Positions 10,402 through 18,607 of a DNA stretch of 64,000 bases are shown piece by piece. Numbering within the stretch: the first letter of the stretch is position 1; every line of letters starts with the position of its first letter. A program made the position numbers and the translations under genes. Below the pieces are notes generated by a model that made no database searches, was not told the origin of the DNA, and saw only the letters and a list, made by a program, of their open reading frames with translations. The stretch spans positions 99,860-163,859 of the forward strand of contig CAYXDV010000001.1 in the NCBI GenBank assembly GCA_964463925.1, in the 5' to 3' direction. Origin of the DNA: an uncultured Gammaproteobacteria bacterium. GTDB lineage: Bacteria > Patescibacteriota > Microgenomatia > UBA12405.

Positions 10402-11457
10402 CTATAAATCACTTTGGGCTAGGCCTCTATTTACCAACATTTGATACAGCACTCGGTCTTCGATAAATTGTTCACCTATGTTTAGCGTAGGTTTATCCAA
10501 AAGTCTGAGAGCTCTTATGGTTGTCAATTTTTTTGGATCATCATCATTAGCTTCAATTATTCCCTTTAAAACTGGATCTGGGAATGCCATTATACAATTT
10601 CTTAGTGTTTGCCTGTCTAATTTTAGCCAATCCTCGATTCCAATATGTGCCCAATGCCAATTAAAAGCTACTATTGGTTTTCGGTGTATATGACCTTTTA
10701 AATAAGTAGCCATCTCCAACAATTTGTTGGCTTGAACTAATTCCCTGAAAACATTATTCAGATTACCTGGATCTAATTTGTAAGATGTGGATTCTAATTT
10801 AGCTAAAACTCTCGCTTCTGGTAAATCATTTTTTATAGCATCCATTAATATGGGCTGTAAAAGATCAGGTGTTACATTATTCATTAGAGGCAAACTGCTA
10901 GCTGCGATTATGGTCAAAGTCTTGGCAGTTTTCGTGAAAAATTCCCTCCTATTCATTTTTTCTCCTTGCGGTGACTTATTTGATACACCCCTAAATGCTT
11001 TTTGTAATACCCCATATAAAATGGCACTTTTGATTATGTCAGTCGCTAATTCGAATGCCACATTTTGGCTATATGCAACATCGCCAAAAGCTATTAGCTT
11101 GTTTGGATCCTTTCCTAAGATATCCAAGACTTCGCGTGGAACTGTTCTTGTTCTTGGCTTTTCCTCGGTATCTTGTCCTCTCTCGTAAGAGAACAAGATC
11201 TTTTGTGGATCTAATGTTAAAAAATTATATGTAAAAATTCCTTCAATAGATAAAGCATCGAAATCTGGGGGAATTTTTGTGGGAGTTTTAGTTTCTCGTT
11301 CATCATGACGTTCGTACACTGGGTGAAAAATGCCATCACCCGATTCAAACCTGCCAGTTTCTTGTATTTCTTTTTCATATGCTGTCACTTTTCCAGCAGC
11401 TCCTAAGAGTGGTAATGCTGCTAAAGATTTAAGAAATGTTCTTCTATCGGCTGTCAT
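10402..11457 (-). CDS. hypothetical protein with N-terminal twin-arginine (Tat) signal and a second internal Tat-like motif
   Basis: MTADRRTFLKSLAALPLLGAAG at the N-terminus; a second MNRREFFTKTAKTLTIIAASSLPL motif at about residue 168; no catalytic motif recognised. Confidence 0.5.
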   Translation of the reverse strand: MTADRRTFLKSLAALPLLGAAGKVTAYEKEIQETGRFESGDGIFHPVYERHDERETKTPTKIPPDFDALSIEGIFTYNFLTLDPQKILFSYERGQDTEEKPRTRTVPREVLDILGKDPNKLIAFGDVAYSQNVAFELATDIIKSAILYGVLQKAFRGVSNKSPQGEKMNRREFFTKTAKTLTIIAASSLPLMNNVTPDLLQPILMDAIKNDLPEARVLAKLESTSYKLDPGNLNNVFRELVQANKLLEMATYLKGHIHRKPIVAFNWHWAHIGIEDWLKLDRQTLRNCIMAFPDPVLKGIIEANDDDPKKLTTIRALRLLDKPTLNIGEQFIEDRVLYQMLVNRGLAQSDL

Positions 11458-11995
11458 AACAATTTTGAACCATATGATTGACCAGTATAGTTCCGGCTAC
11501 CAATACATTTAGAGATTTGTTTACACCATACATTGGAATATGAACAATCTGATTAGCAAGGGACTGGACTTTTGGATCTACACCATCTGTTTCGTTGCCC
11601 AGTATTAGGGCAATTTTTCCAGAGAGATTGCTATTTAAATATGAAACAGATTTTTGTGTGTGTTCGCCAACTACGATTTGGTAGCCATCTTGGCTAAGAG
11701 TTTTGATAGTAGATTCGGTATTATAGCTATGTTCCCATGGAACCCACTTCCAGGTACCTATGCTGGCTCGGTGTATCTTCAAATTTGGGGGGGTCACCAC
11801 TTGACCACATAAATATATTTTTTCAATAGCAAAGGCATCTGCAAGACGGAAAAAAGAGCCAATATTGAAAGTGTCGTATACTCGATCTAAAACCAGGATC
11901 AGGGAGTGTCGCTTAACTAATTTTTGTTTATTTTTGGCAAAAGACTCCTTACTTTGGCGCAGCTGTTTAGCGTTTAATTTGAGCATAAAATTCAT
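11444..11995 (-). CDS. SpoU/TrmH-family RNA 2'-O-methyltransferase (TrmL-like)
   Basis: LILGNETDGVD...VHIPMYGVNKSLNVLVAGTILVN, a SPOUT-class knot motif; 183 aa. Confidence 0.75.
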   Translation of the reverse strand: MNFMLKLNAKQLRQSKESFAKNKQKLVKRHSLILVLDRVYDTFNIGSFFRLADAFAIEKIYLCGQVVTPPNLKIHRASIGTWKWVPWEHSYNTESTIKTLSQDGYQIVVGEHTQKSVSYLNSNLSGKIALILGNETDGVDPKVQSLANQIVHIPMYGVNKSLNVLVAGTILVNHMVQNCYDSR

Positions 11996-12554
11996 TTATT
12001 ATAGATTGAGAGTCAAGTTGAGGCAAAGTTGTGTTGTTAAGACTCCGATCAATTAATTTGCCTGCTTGATTGGTAAAACAATTGGTTAAATCTTGGCTTA
12101 AATAGCCAGCTTCTTCAGCTTGGGTCTGCCAGCAGGTATCGACATTGTTTGGATTGCAATTTTGATTAATTAAATACACAAAATATAACCACTGGTAATT
12201 GTTTTTCTTGTCTGCGAAAGCGCAGATTTCTCGTATATTTTGATTTAGCTCCTGTCGTCCAAATGGACTAGTGTAACGGTTCCCGTTTGTCAACTGTAAA
12301 CTATTTGTATCGACTGAAGAAGGGATAAAGGTATAGTTTGGAAGTAAATTTAGACTGTTTATCTGATCTCTGGATAAAGCTTGGAATAACTGGTTTTCTG
12401 AAATTGAAGTTTTTGGGTCAAAACTAGAAACTGAGTAGGCAATTGGAGAGATTTTGTTTGAAACATTGGGTATGGACAAGTCTTGCCGATTGACATAAAA
12501 ACTGATTGCCAAAAAGACGAGAGTAGCTGTTAAATAAAATATTAAACTTTTCAT
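11967..12554 (-). CDS. hypothetical membrane-anchored extracytoplasmic protein
   Basis: N-terminal TM/signal anchor, 4 Cys in the C-terminal half; 4-nt start overlap with the upstream gene. Confidence 0.45.
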   Translation of the reverse strand: MKSLIFYLTATLVFLAISFYVNRQDLSIPNVSNKISPIAYSVSSFDPKTSISENQLFQALSRDQINSLNLLPNYTFIPSSVDTNSLQLTNGNRYTSPFGRQELNQNIREICAFADKKNNYQWLYFVYLINQNCNPNNVDTCWQTQAEEAGYLSQDLTNCFTNQAGKLIDRSLNNTTLPQLDSQSIINEFYAQIKR

Positions 12555-13051
12555 CGAGTTTTTATGTCTTGAGTTGCTAAGAATTCTCCCGCCTGGACAA
12601 TGGCTGCTAACACCTGGTGAATTCGAGAAATGGCTTCTTCAAGACTCAGTTTTTTAAGATTGCCAACAAAAAAGTGCAGAGCTTCGTTGCGGCCTTGTTT
12701 CCAGGCATCCCAGAGTTTCTCTGCAAGTTCTTCTCCACGGTCATCTAATTGGGATAATCGCTGAAAAATAGAAAAACGCTTATAGCGGAGTGAAGGATTT
12801 AGAGTTTTACCTACTCGAAAACGGTCACCTTCATACAAGTTACTGTCAATTAAACCTATGTGTAAAAAAAAGTCCTTTAAAAATCCTTCATATGCTTTGG
12901 CAATTGGGGCTAGCAAAAAACTATAATCTTCGATTTGGTCGCTATCTCTTAATTTGTGAAAAATTATTACAGTGTCATTTAACAAAAAGTCTTGGGATCT
13001 ATCGGTATATCTTTTGGCTCTTTGAACTAAATTTTCATCTAAGAAGATCAT
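12551..13051 (-). CDS. hypothetical protein, possible HEPN-fold (Rx4H motif)
   Basis: ORF 12551..13219 trimmed to the internal Met at 13051, whose ATG overlaps the TGA of the upstream gene (ATGA coupling). WKQGRNEALHFF contains an R-x4-H motif as in HEPN/HepT domains. This assignment is speculative. Confidence 0.35.
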   Translation of the reverse strand: MIFLDENLVQRAKRYTDRSQDFLLNDTVIIFHKLRDSDQIEDYSFLLAPIAKAYEGFLKDFFLHIGLIDSNLYEGDRFRVGKTLNPSLRYKRFSIFQRLSQLDDRGEELAEKLWDAWKQGRNEALHFFVGNLKKLSLEEAISRIHQVLAAIVQAGEFLATQDIKTR

Positions 13052-13608
13052 GATAGGAATAAGGAAAAGGCGTAAAATCCGACTAGAAATACATTTATTT
13101 TCCAATATTTTGATAGAAACTTTAGTGGCAGTTGTTGTGACATACGCGCAAACAACCATGACTGTAAATGAAGTGGTTGGTTTATCCAGTCTGTATAAAT
13201 ATCGATAAACAAATGCCAATTGATGGCTAGAACAAAAGATTTGCCAAAAATACTATTTGTACTGGTTAGAACAAAAATGGAAATTGGTATGAGCAATAAA
13301 TGAAAATAAAAATGATGAAAAGTTAAACTGAGGTGGCTTTTATGATTTTCGTCTAGGATCTGTAATGCTTTTTTATAATCACCCGCTTTTAGGGCTGAAG
13401 TTGCGATTTGACTCTCTGGTAGATTCTTGTGAGTTATAAGCCAATAAATCAAATGGTCGATATCTAAAAAGTGAGCTCCAAGCATTAGTCCTAAGAACAA
13501 TAGCAAAATGTTTTGTGGTGGATGATGTGAGAAGATCCAATAAATACTGGTTAGTATTCCATACGCTAGAAGTGGAATTACGTGTTGTTTTAATTCTTGT
13601 TTCACCAA
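13048..13608 (-). CDS. membrane-bound metal-dependent hydrolase-like protein (YdjM/DUF457-like)
   Basis: Small 4-5 TM protein with GAHFLDIDHLIYW and His-rich motifs typical of YdjM-family inner-membrane proteins. Confidence 0.45.
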   Translation of the reverse strand: MVKQELKQHVIPLLAYGILTSIYWIFSHHPPQNILLLFLGLMLGAHFLDIDHLIYWLITHKNLPESQIATSALKAGDYKKALQILDENHKSHLSLTFHHFYFHLLLIPISIFVLTSTNSIFGKSFVLAINWHLFIDIYTDWINQPLHLQSWLFARMSQQLPLKFLSKYWKINVFLVGFYAFSLFLS

Positions 13609-13623
13609 ATTAATGATAGCAAA

Positions 13624-14085
13624 TTAAATACTTTGCCAAAGATGGAGGAAATGAATTGTTCCCAAGAGTCCAAAGACAGTAATACATTGCCAAATTAACT
13701 GATGTATAAACCAAATAGAGTCATTGTGAAAAATATTTTGCCAAGGTAGGGTAAAGGGAGGGTTTCTGTTTAGAATAGAAAATTGTTGATTTAACCAATA
13801 GATAGTCTCCCCTACTCCGCGAACTGTCCAATAAATCGAAACTAAAAGTAAAAACAATAACCAGCTTTTTGCAATAAGAGATAAAACAGAGACTAATTGC
13901 CAAAAAATACCCAAAACTACTCCATCTGCCCAGACAAAGATACCCAATGGTAGTAATGGCCTGGTCAACCCGAATACATTTTTTCTGTATTTTGACTCGT
14001 AGAAGCTTTTAAGAAAAACAAAGAAACTAAAGATTTCTAAGAAAATTAAGAAAATATTTTGCCAGGGCAGTAAATAATTATTCAT
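13624..14085 (-). CDS. hypothetical membrane protein
   Basis: Hydrophobic; start trimmed to an internal Met to avoid a 95-nt overlap with the ABC permease; several Trp-rich TM segments. Confidence 0.4.
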   Translation of the reverse strand: MNNYLLPWQNIFLIFLEIFSFFVFLKSFYESKYRKNVFGLTRPLLPLGIFVWADGVVLGIFWQLVSVLSLIAKSWLLFLLLVSIYWTVRGVGETIYWLNQQFSILNRNPPFTLPWQNIFHNDSIWFIHQLIWQCITVFGLLGTIHFLHLWQSI

Positions 14086-15304
14086 ATCTAAGTGCTTCAA
14101 TTGGTGATAATTTTGAAGCACGTCTTGCTGGGGCGGCACCGAATATAATACCCACGATTGAAGATACTCCAAAGGCTATAGCCACAGATGTTGGGGTAAC
14201 TTGAGCTGGGAAGAATTTGTTTAGAATTGCCGAGAAAATTCCTCCGAGGATAATTCCTATGGCACCGCCAAAACAAGATAAAATAATGGCCTCAATTAAG
14301 AATTGGGCTAGAATAGCATTTGGGGTTGCACCAATTGCTTTACGTAAGCCAATCTCTTTGGTTCGCTCGGTAACAGTTACTAACATGATATTCATTATTC
14401 CAATGCCACCCACTATTAGTGAGATTGCGGCAATGCCTGTGAGTCCAGCCGTTAAGGTACTTAGAATTCCAGTGATTGTGGACAGAATTTGACTTTGATC
14501 GAATACTGAAAAGTTATCTTTATCATATTTACTTAGTAAAGTTTTTTCGGCTGTAGTTTTGACAAAATTTACATCATTACCACTTTTTGCCTGGATGAAA
14601 AAACTCTGAATATCCCGATTGCCGCGAGATAAAAAAGCAGATTCAAGTGGTATATAACAGTAATTGTCAAAATCTGGTCCTCCCAGGCTGCCACCCTTTT
14701 TGTCGACCACTCCAATAACTTTCAGGTTTTTACTCCCAATACTAACTGTTTTACCAAGAGGTGATTGGTGGGGAAAGAGTTTGTCACTTATACCGTGACC
14801 AAGAACAACCACATTGGCTCCCAGCTCGTCCTCTTGCTGTGAAAACCAGCGCCCATTACCATCGCTAGGAATGCTATTGCGGATTCGACCATAATCTGCT
14901 TGGGTACCGACTATGGTGATGATATCTTGTGTTTGTTTGTATTTGGCTTTGTCTTCGAATTGGACACTGGCAACTATTTCTCCTCTGTTGCCAATGGCAT
15001 TTTTTAGTAATTTGCTATCCTTTTCGGTAAAAGTTTGAGTGATAACAGTATTGCGATCACGAGCTTTGAAACTACCACGAGAATCAAAAACCTGGCCCGG
15101 AGTAATAATTACGATATTTGAACCCAGATCTTCAAATTGTTTTTGAATATAAATCTTGATCCCTGAGCCAATTGAGGTTAACAAAATGACTGAAGTAACG
15201 CCAATAATAATTCCAAGGGAAGTTAGGAAAGTACGACTTTTGTTGCGAGTAATTGATTTTAAACTTATTATGCTAAGTTCTAGCAAATCTGGTTTTGTAA
15301 ACAT
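14078..15304 (-). CDS. ABC transporter permease, MacB/FtsX-like
   Basis: N-terminal TM, large periplasmic domain, C-terminal FtsX-type 3-TM bundle; adjacent to the ABC ATPase and HlyD adaptor. Confidence 0.8.
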   Translation of the reverse strand: MFTKPDLLELSIISLKSITRNKSRTFLTSLGIIIGVTSVILLTSIGSGIKIYIQKQFEDLGSNIVIITPGQVFDSRGSFKARDRNTVITQTFTEKDSKLLKNAIGNRGEIVASVQFEDKAKYKQTQDIITIVGTQADYGRIRNSIPSDGNGRWFSQQEDELGANVVVLGHGISDKLFPHQSPLGKTVSIGSKNLKVIGVVDKKGGSLGGPDFDNYCYIPLESAFLSRGNRDIQSFFIQAKSGNDVNFVKTTAEKTLLSKYDKDNFSVFDQSQILSTITGILSTLTAGLTGIAAISLIVGGIGIMNIMLVTVTERTKEIGLRKAIGATPNAILAQFLIEAIILSCFGGAIGIILGGIFSAILNKFFPAQVTPTSVAIAFGVSSIVGIIFGAAPARRASKLSPIEALRYE

Positions 15305-15305
15305 A

Positions 15306-15995
15306 TTAGGATGAAACTATTTTGCCATCTTTAATAAAGATAACTCGATCAGCTTGTTTGGCAAGATTTAGATCATGGGTAACAAAAACTATAGTTCTTC
15401 CCTCGCGGTGCAGATCGTGAAAAATTTTCATGATCTCTGTACCAGATTTACTATCAAGATTACCGGTGGGTTCGTCGGCCAGTAAAATTTGCGGGTCATT
15501 TACCAAGGCTCTGGCTATGGCAACTCGTTGCTGTTGACCTCCTGATAATTGAGCAGGGGTATTTTTTAATTTGTCGGCTAGGCCAACTTTAGTTAAATAT
15601 GTTTGTCCAATTTTGCTTCTTTGCTTCTGGGGAATATCTGAATAGAGCAATGGCAATATTACATTGTCCATGGCAGAAGTTTTTGGTAGTAAATTAAATT
15701 GTTGAAAAACAAAACCAAGAGTTTTGTTGCGGACTTGAGCCAATTGGGATTCGTTGTAAGAAGCGATGTTTTTTCCGTTTAAAATGACCTCTCCAGAAGT
15801 GGGGTTGTCAAGAAGTCCAATAATGTGCATCAGAGTGGATTTACCAGAACCTGATGGTCCGGTAATGGAAATAAATTCGCCAGGATAGATAGAACAACTT
15901 ACCCCTTTTAAAGCCTGAAAAATAGTATCCCCAGTTTGGTATTGGCGGAGAATATTTTTTAGTTCGAGAATTGGCTTTTTATTGGACTTGATCAT
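15306..15995 (-). CDS. ABC transporter ATP-binding protein (MacB/LolD-type)
   Basis: Walker A GPSGSGKST, signature LSGGQQQRVAIARAL, Walker B LLADEPTGNLD. Confidence 0.9.
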   Translation of the reverse strand: MIKSNKKPILELKNILRQYQTGDTIFQALKGVSCSIYPGEFISITGPSGSGKSTLMHIIGLLDNPTSGEVILNGKNIASYNESQLAQVRNKTLGFVFQQFNLLPKTSAMDNVILPLLYSDIPQKQRSKIGQTYLTKVGLADKLKNTPAQLSGGQQQRVAIARALVNDPQILLADEPTGNLDSKSGTEIMKIFHDLHREGRTIVFVTHDLNLAKQADRVIFIKDGKIVSS

Positions 15996-17043
15996 ATTTT
16001 TCCTGCACTACTTTATCGCCTACTGCTACACCCTGGGTAATTTGAGTAAAATTATCATCCGATACTCCAGTTTGAACATTAACTCGTATTTTTTTATCAC
16101 CTTGGGGATTGAGTTTATAGATGTATTTGTTGGACTGATCTTCATAAATTGCACTACTTGGCAGGGCTATAACATTGCTCTCTGAACTGGTAATAATATT
16201 GGCGCTACCATTCATTCCAAGACGGTATTGTAGACTTTGATTAGACAGATTTAGTGGAAAACGAACTTCGTAAACTGTCGATGCTTTGTTGTCTAAAGAG
16301 TCAAAAGCAATATAACCTATATTTGTTTGAATAGGTTTATCTTTGAAACTGTCGAGCGAAACTATACTGTCTTGGCCGGCAGTGATTTTTACAACATCTT
16401 CTTCATCAACTTCGCTTCTAAAATATAGACTCTGAGGATCTACAATAGTTGCAATCGGTTGGCTTGCAACTATGGCAACTCCAGATTGTGGTTGAGATAA
16501 ATCAACCACAATGCCGTCGATTGGACTGAGCAATGTAGAATATTTCATGGCAAGATTAGCAATTTCAACATCTAAAACTGAATTGTTTAGGCCAAATTGA
16601 GTTCGATCTAAAATTCTTTGCATTTCATCGTTGATTAGTGATTTTTCCTTAATTGGCTTATATTTATCCTGAACATCTTCAAAGGACCAGCGTGTGGTCA
16701 GGTAATTGTTCATTTGTTTTTGGAATTGTTTCTGCAGTTGGGCACGATCTAGGCTGGCAATTGCTTGTCCCTTTTTAACTCTATCCCCTATTTTTACTCC
16801 GAGCCAAGTTAACTGTCCGCTGGTTTGAAAAGATAATTTGGCAAAATTGGCTGCCTGGATTTTTCCGACCAGTTGAATTGATTGATTAATTGTTCTTAAA
16901 TCAGCTGTGGCAATTTGTTCCTTTTGAGGATTATAAGTTGCAGTTATTGGGTATTTTTCCTGCTTAGTATTCTGAGCAGCTTTGACTTGACGGATTGCAA
17001 AAAAAGCCAAGGGAATTAACAATAAGATTAGTAATTTTTTCAC
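15979..17043 (-). CDS. HlyD-family periplasmic adaptor / membrane fusion protein (MacA-like)
   Basis: N-terminal anchor, coiled-coil region, lipoyl/beta-barrel segments; upstream and co-directional with the split MacB pair. Confidence 0.7.
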   Translation of the reverse strand: MKKLLILLLIPLAFFAIRQVKAAQNTKQEKYPITATYNPQKEQIATADLRTINQSIQLVGKIQAANFAKLSFQTSGQLTWLGVKIGDRVKKGQAIASLDRAQLQKQFQKQMNNYLTTRWSFEDVQDKYKPIKEKSLINDEMQRILDRTQFGLNNSVLDVEIANLAMKYSTLLSPIDGIVVDLSQPQSGVAIVASQPIATIVDPQSLYFRSEVDEEDVVKITAGQDSIVSLDSFKDKPIQTNIGYIAFDSLDNKASTVYEVRFPLNLSNQSLQYRLGMNGSANIITSSESNVIALPSSAIYEDQSNKYIYKLNPQGDKKIRVNVQTGVSDDNFTQITQGVAVGDKVVQEKYDQVQ

Positions 17044-17058
17044 AATTTGAATTATAAC

Positions 17059-17355
17059 CTAAATTGGTAATTTTGCCTGTTTTAGTTGCTTTACCTTCCA
17101 CATAAATAATTTTGCCTGGGCGGAAGGACCTTTTAGATTTGGCCCAGCTTCTTTTACCAAATGATAGGCTGTTTCCAGAATATTTCGATTGATTGTTTTG
17201 GCCATTTTAATGTAAATACTACGATGTGCGAGATCCTGTAAATTTTCTGCTAAAAAATACCCATATGCTTGGAATTCGTGTGGACTATGCTTGGCCCTTT
17301 TGGCTAGTAACTGTTTCTTTTGGGCTAGTAGTTCCTTTAAATCTAATTTTGGCAT
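17059..17355 (-). CDS. hypothetical protein
   Basis: 98-aa ORF with no motifs, downstream of the permease gene. Confidence 0.35.
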   Translation of the reverse strand: MPKLDLKELLAQKKQLLAKRAKHSPHEFQAYGYFLAENLQDLAHRSIYIKMAKTINRNILETAYHLVKEAGPNLKGPSAQAKLFMWKVKQLKQAKLPI

Positions 17356-17359
17356 TTGG

Positions 17360-18226
17360 TTAAAAAAATAGGTTTAATAAAATGCCTAGGAAACTACAAT
17401 AAAAAAAGTACCAGATAATTAATTTAATCACTCCATCTTTTCCAATAACTTTGTGCAAAATGGCTACCTCAGAAATACTACTTATGGTGGCAGACATGAG
17501 CAAAGAGATACCAGTGCCAATTGGCAAACCTGATTTTATAATTGGTAGAAGTATGCTAGGTGCGGTGGCTGCTTCTATATGAATTGGTAAGCCAATGGCA
17601 GTAGCTAAGAGTGGTCCATACCACAGTGAACCAACAGTTTTTATGGTGTATAAGAAATTTGGTAAGATAGTGTTTAAAAATTGGCCAAAAACGACACCTA
17701 GGGCTATGGGTAGGGCTAGAATTTTTGAAACAGATAAAGTGTCATTTAGACTGCTTTTTAATGCAGAGCTAAAATCATGGGTGTGAGTATGGCTATTTGG
17801 AGTAATTGTCTGTTTTTGAGGAACTAGACCAAGATACTTTGCAAAATATCCAGTAAAGGTAGCTGAGAGTAGACCAAAGACAAGATAAAGAATAACTCCT
17901 TTAATTCCGCTTAACTGAAAAATTATAGCCAGAGCAAATTCGTTAACAGCAGGAGCGGCAAATAGAAAGGATCCGGCTGCTTGAATTGAGGCTCCCTGGC
18001 TTAAAAGGCCGGCATAAATACTGGCCACCGAGCAACTGCAAACTGGCGTAAGTGAACCTAAAATAGAACCAGCAATAGACCCTAATAGACCATTCCTACC
18101 CAAGGTTTTGTCGTAGGTTTCCTTGTGCAGTAAATGTTTAATGAGACTAACGGCAAAAGTGATTCCAAGGAGTAGGGAAATTGTTTCCCAATATGAAGAA
18201 AGAAAATTTGTAATGATGCTGTACAT
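17360..18226 (-). CDS. predicted permease, DUF318/COG0701-like
   Basis: Polytopic membrane protein with an SLTPVCSCSVASIYAG double-Cys motif characteristic of COG0701-type permeases. Confidence 0.5.
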   Translation of the reverse strand: MYSIITNFLSSYWETISLLLGITFAVSLIKHLLHKETYDKTLGRNGLLGSIAGSILGSLTPVCSCSVASIYAGLLSQGASIQAAGSFLFAAPAVNEFALAIIFQLSGIKGVILYLVFGLLSATFTGYFAKYLGLVPQKQTITPNSHTHTHDFSSALKSSLNDTLSVSKILALPIALGVVFGQFLNTILPNFLYTIKTVGSLWYGPLLATAIGLPIHIEAATAPSILLPIIKSGLPIGTGISLLMSATISSISEVAILHKVIGKDGVIKLIIWYFFYCSFLGILLNLFF

Positions 18227-18271
18227 AAAAAGCCTTATTTCTGGTAAATTTTATATTTTATTTTAACACAA

Positions 18272-18295
18272 ACACCCCCGCCTCTGCGGGGGTGT
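18272..18295 (-). terminator. Rho-independent terminator hairpin
   Basis: ACACCCCCGC-ctct-GCGGGGGTGT perfect 10-bp GC-rich stem 16 nt downstream of the 18311 stop, followed on the minus strand by a T/A-rich tract. Confidence 0.7.
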
Positions 18296-18310
18296 AAACA
18301 AATGTTTTAT

Positions 18311-18511
18311 TTAGGCTACTGGATAAGTCATTTTTTCCCAGTCAGCTTGGCCAACAAATTTTGTTAGCATTCGGCCTTGATATTCACCGCGAAGAGCATA
18401 ACGGGTTTGGGTACCAGTTGAGACTTGGCGAGTGTATTTGGTCTTTTTAATATTGCTGTCGTCGACCATAACTTTTTGACGACTCTTGACATCGTAGAAT
18501 TGTACTGACAT
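18311..18511 (-). CDS. hypothetical small protein
   Basis: 66-aa ORF with a strong AGGAGG Shine-Dalgarno upstream and its own terminator; no motif. Confidence 0.5.
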   Translation of the reverse strand: MSVQFYDVKSRQKVMVDDSNIKKTKYTRQVSTGTQTRYALRGEYQGRMLTKFVGQADWEKMTYPVA

Positions 18512-18607
18512 TTATTCCTCCTGGTTAATGTTTAATAAGACAGGTTAATAAGTTCTAACACTATTGCTAGGTTCATTGCAAGTACATAGTGAGGTGAGAT
18601 GAAAGAG

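Noticed and set aside
14217-14492. 91-aa plus-strand ORF inside the ABC permease gene
   Set aside because: Antisense to a well-supported FtsX-domain permease; hydrophobic mirror-frame artefact
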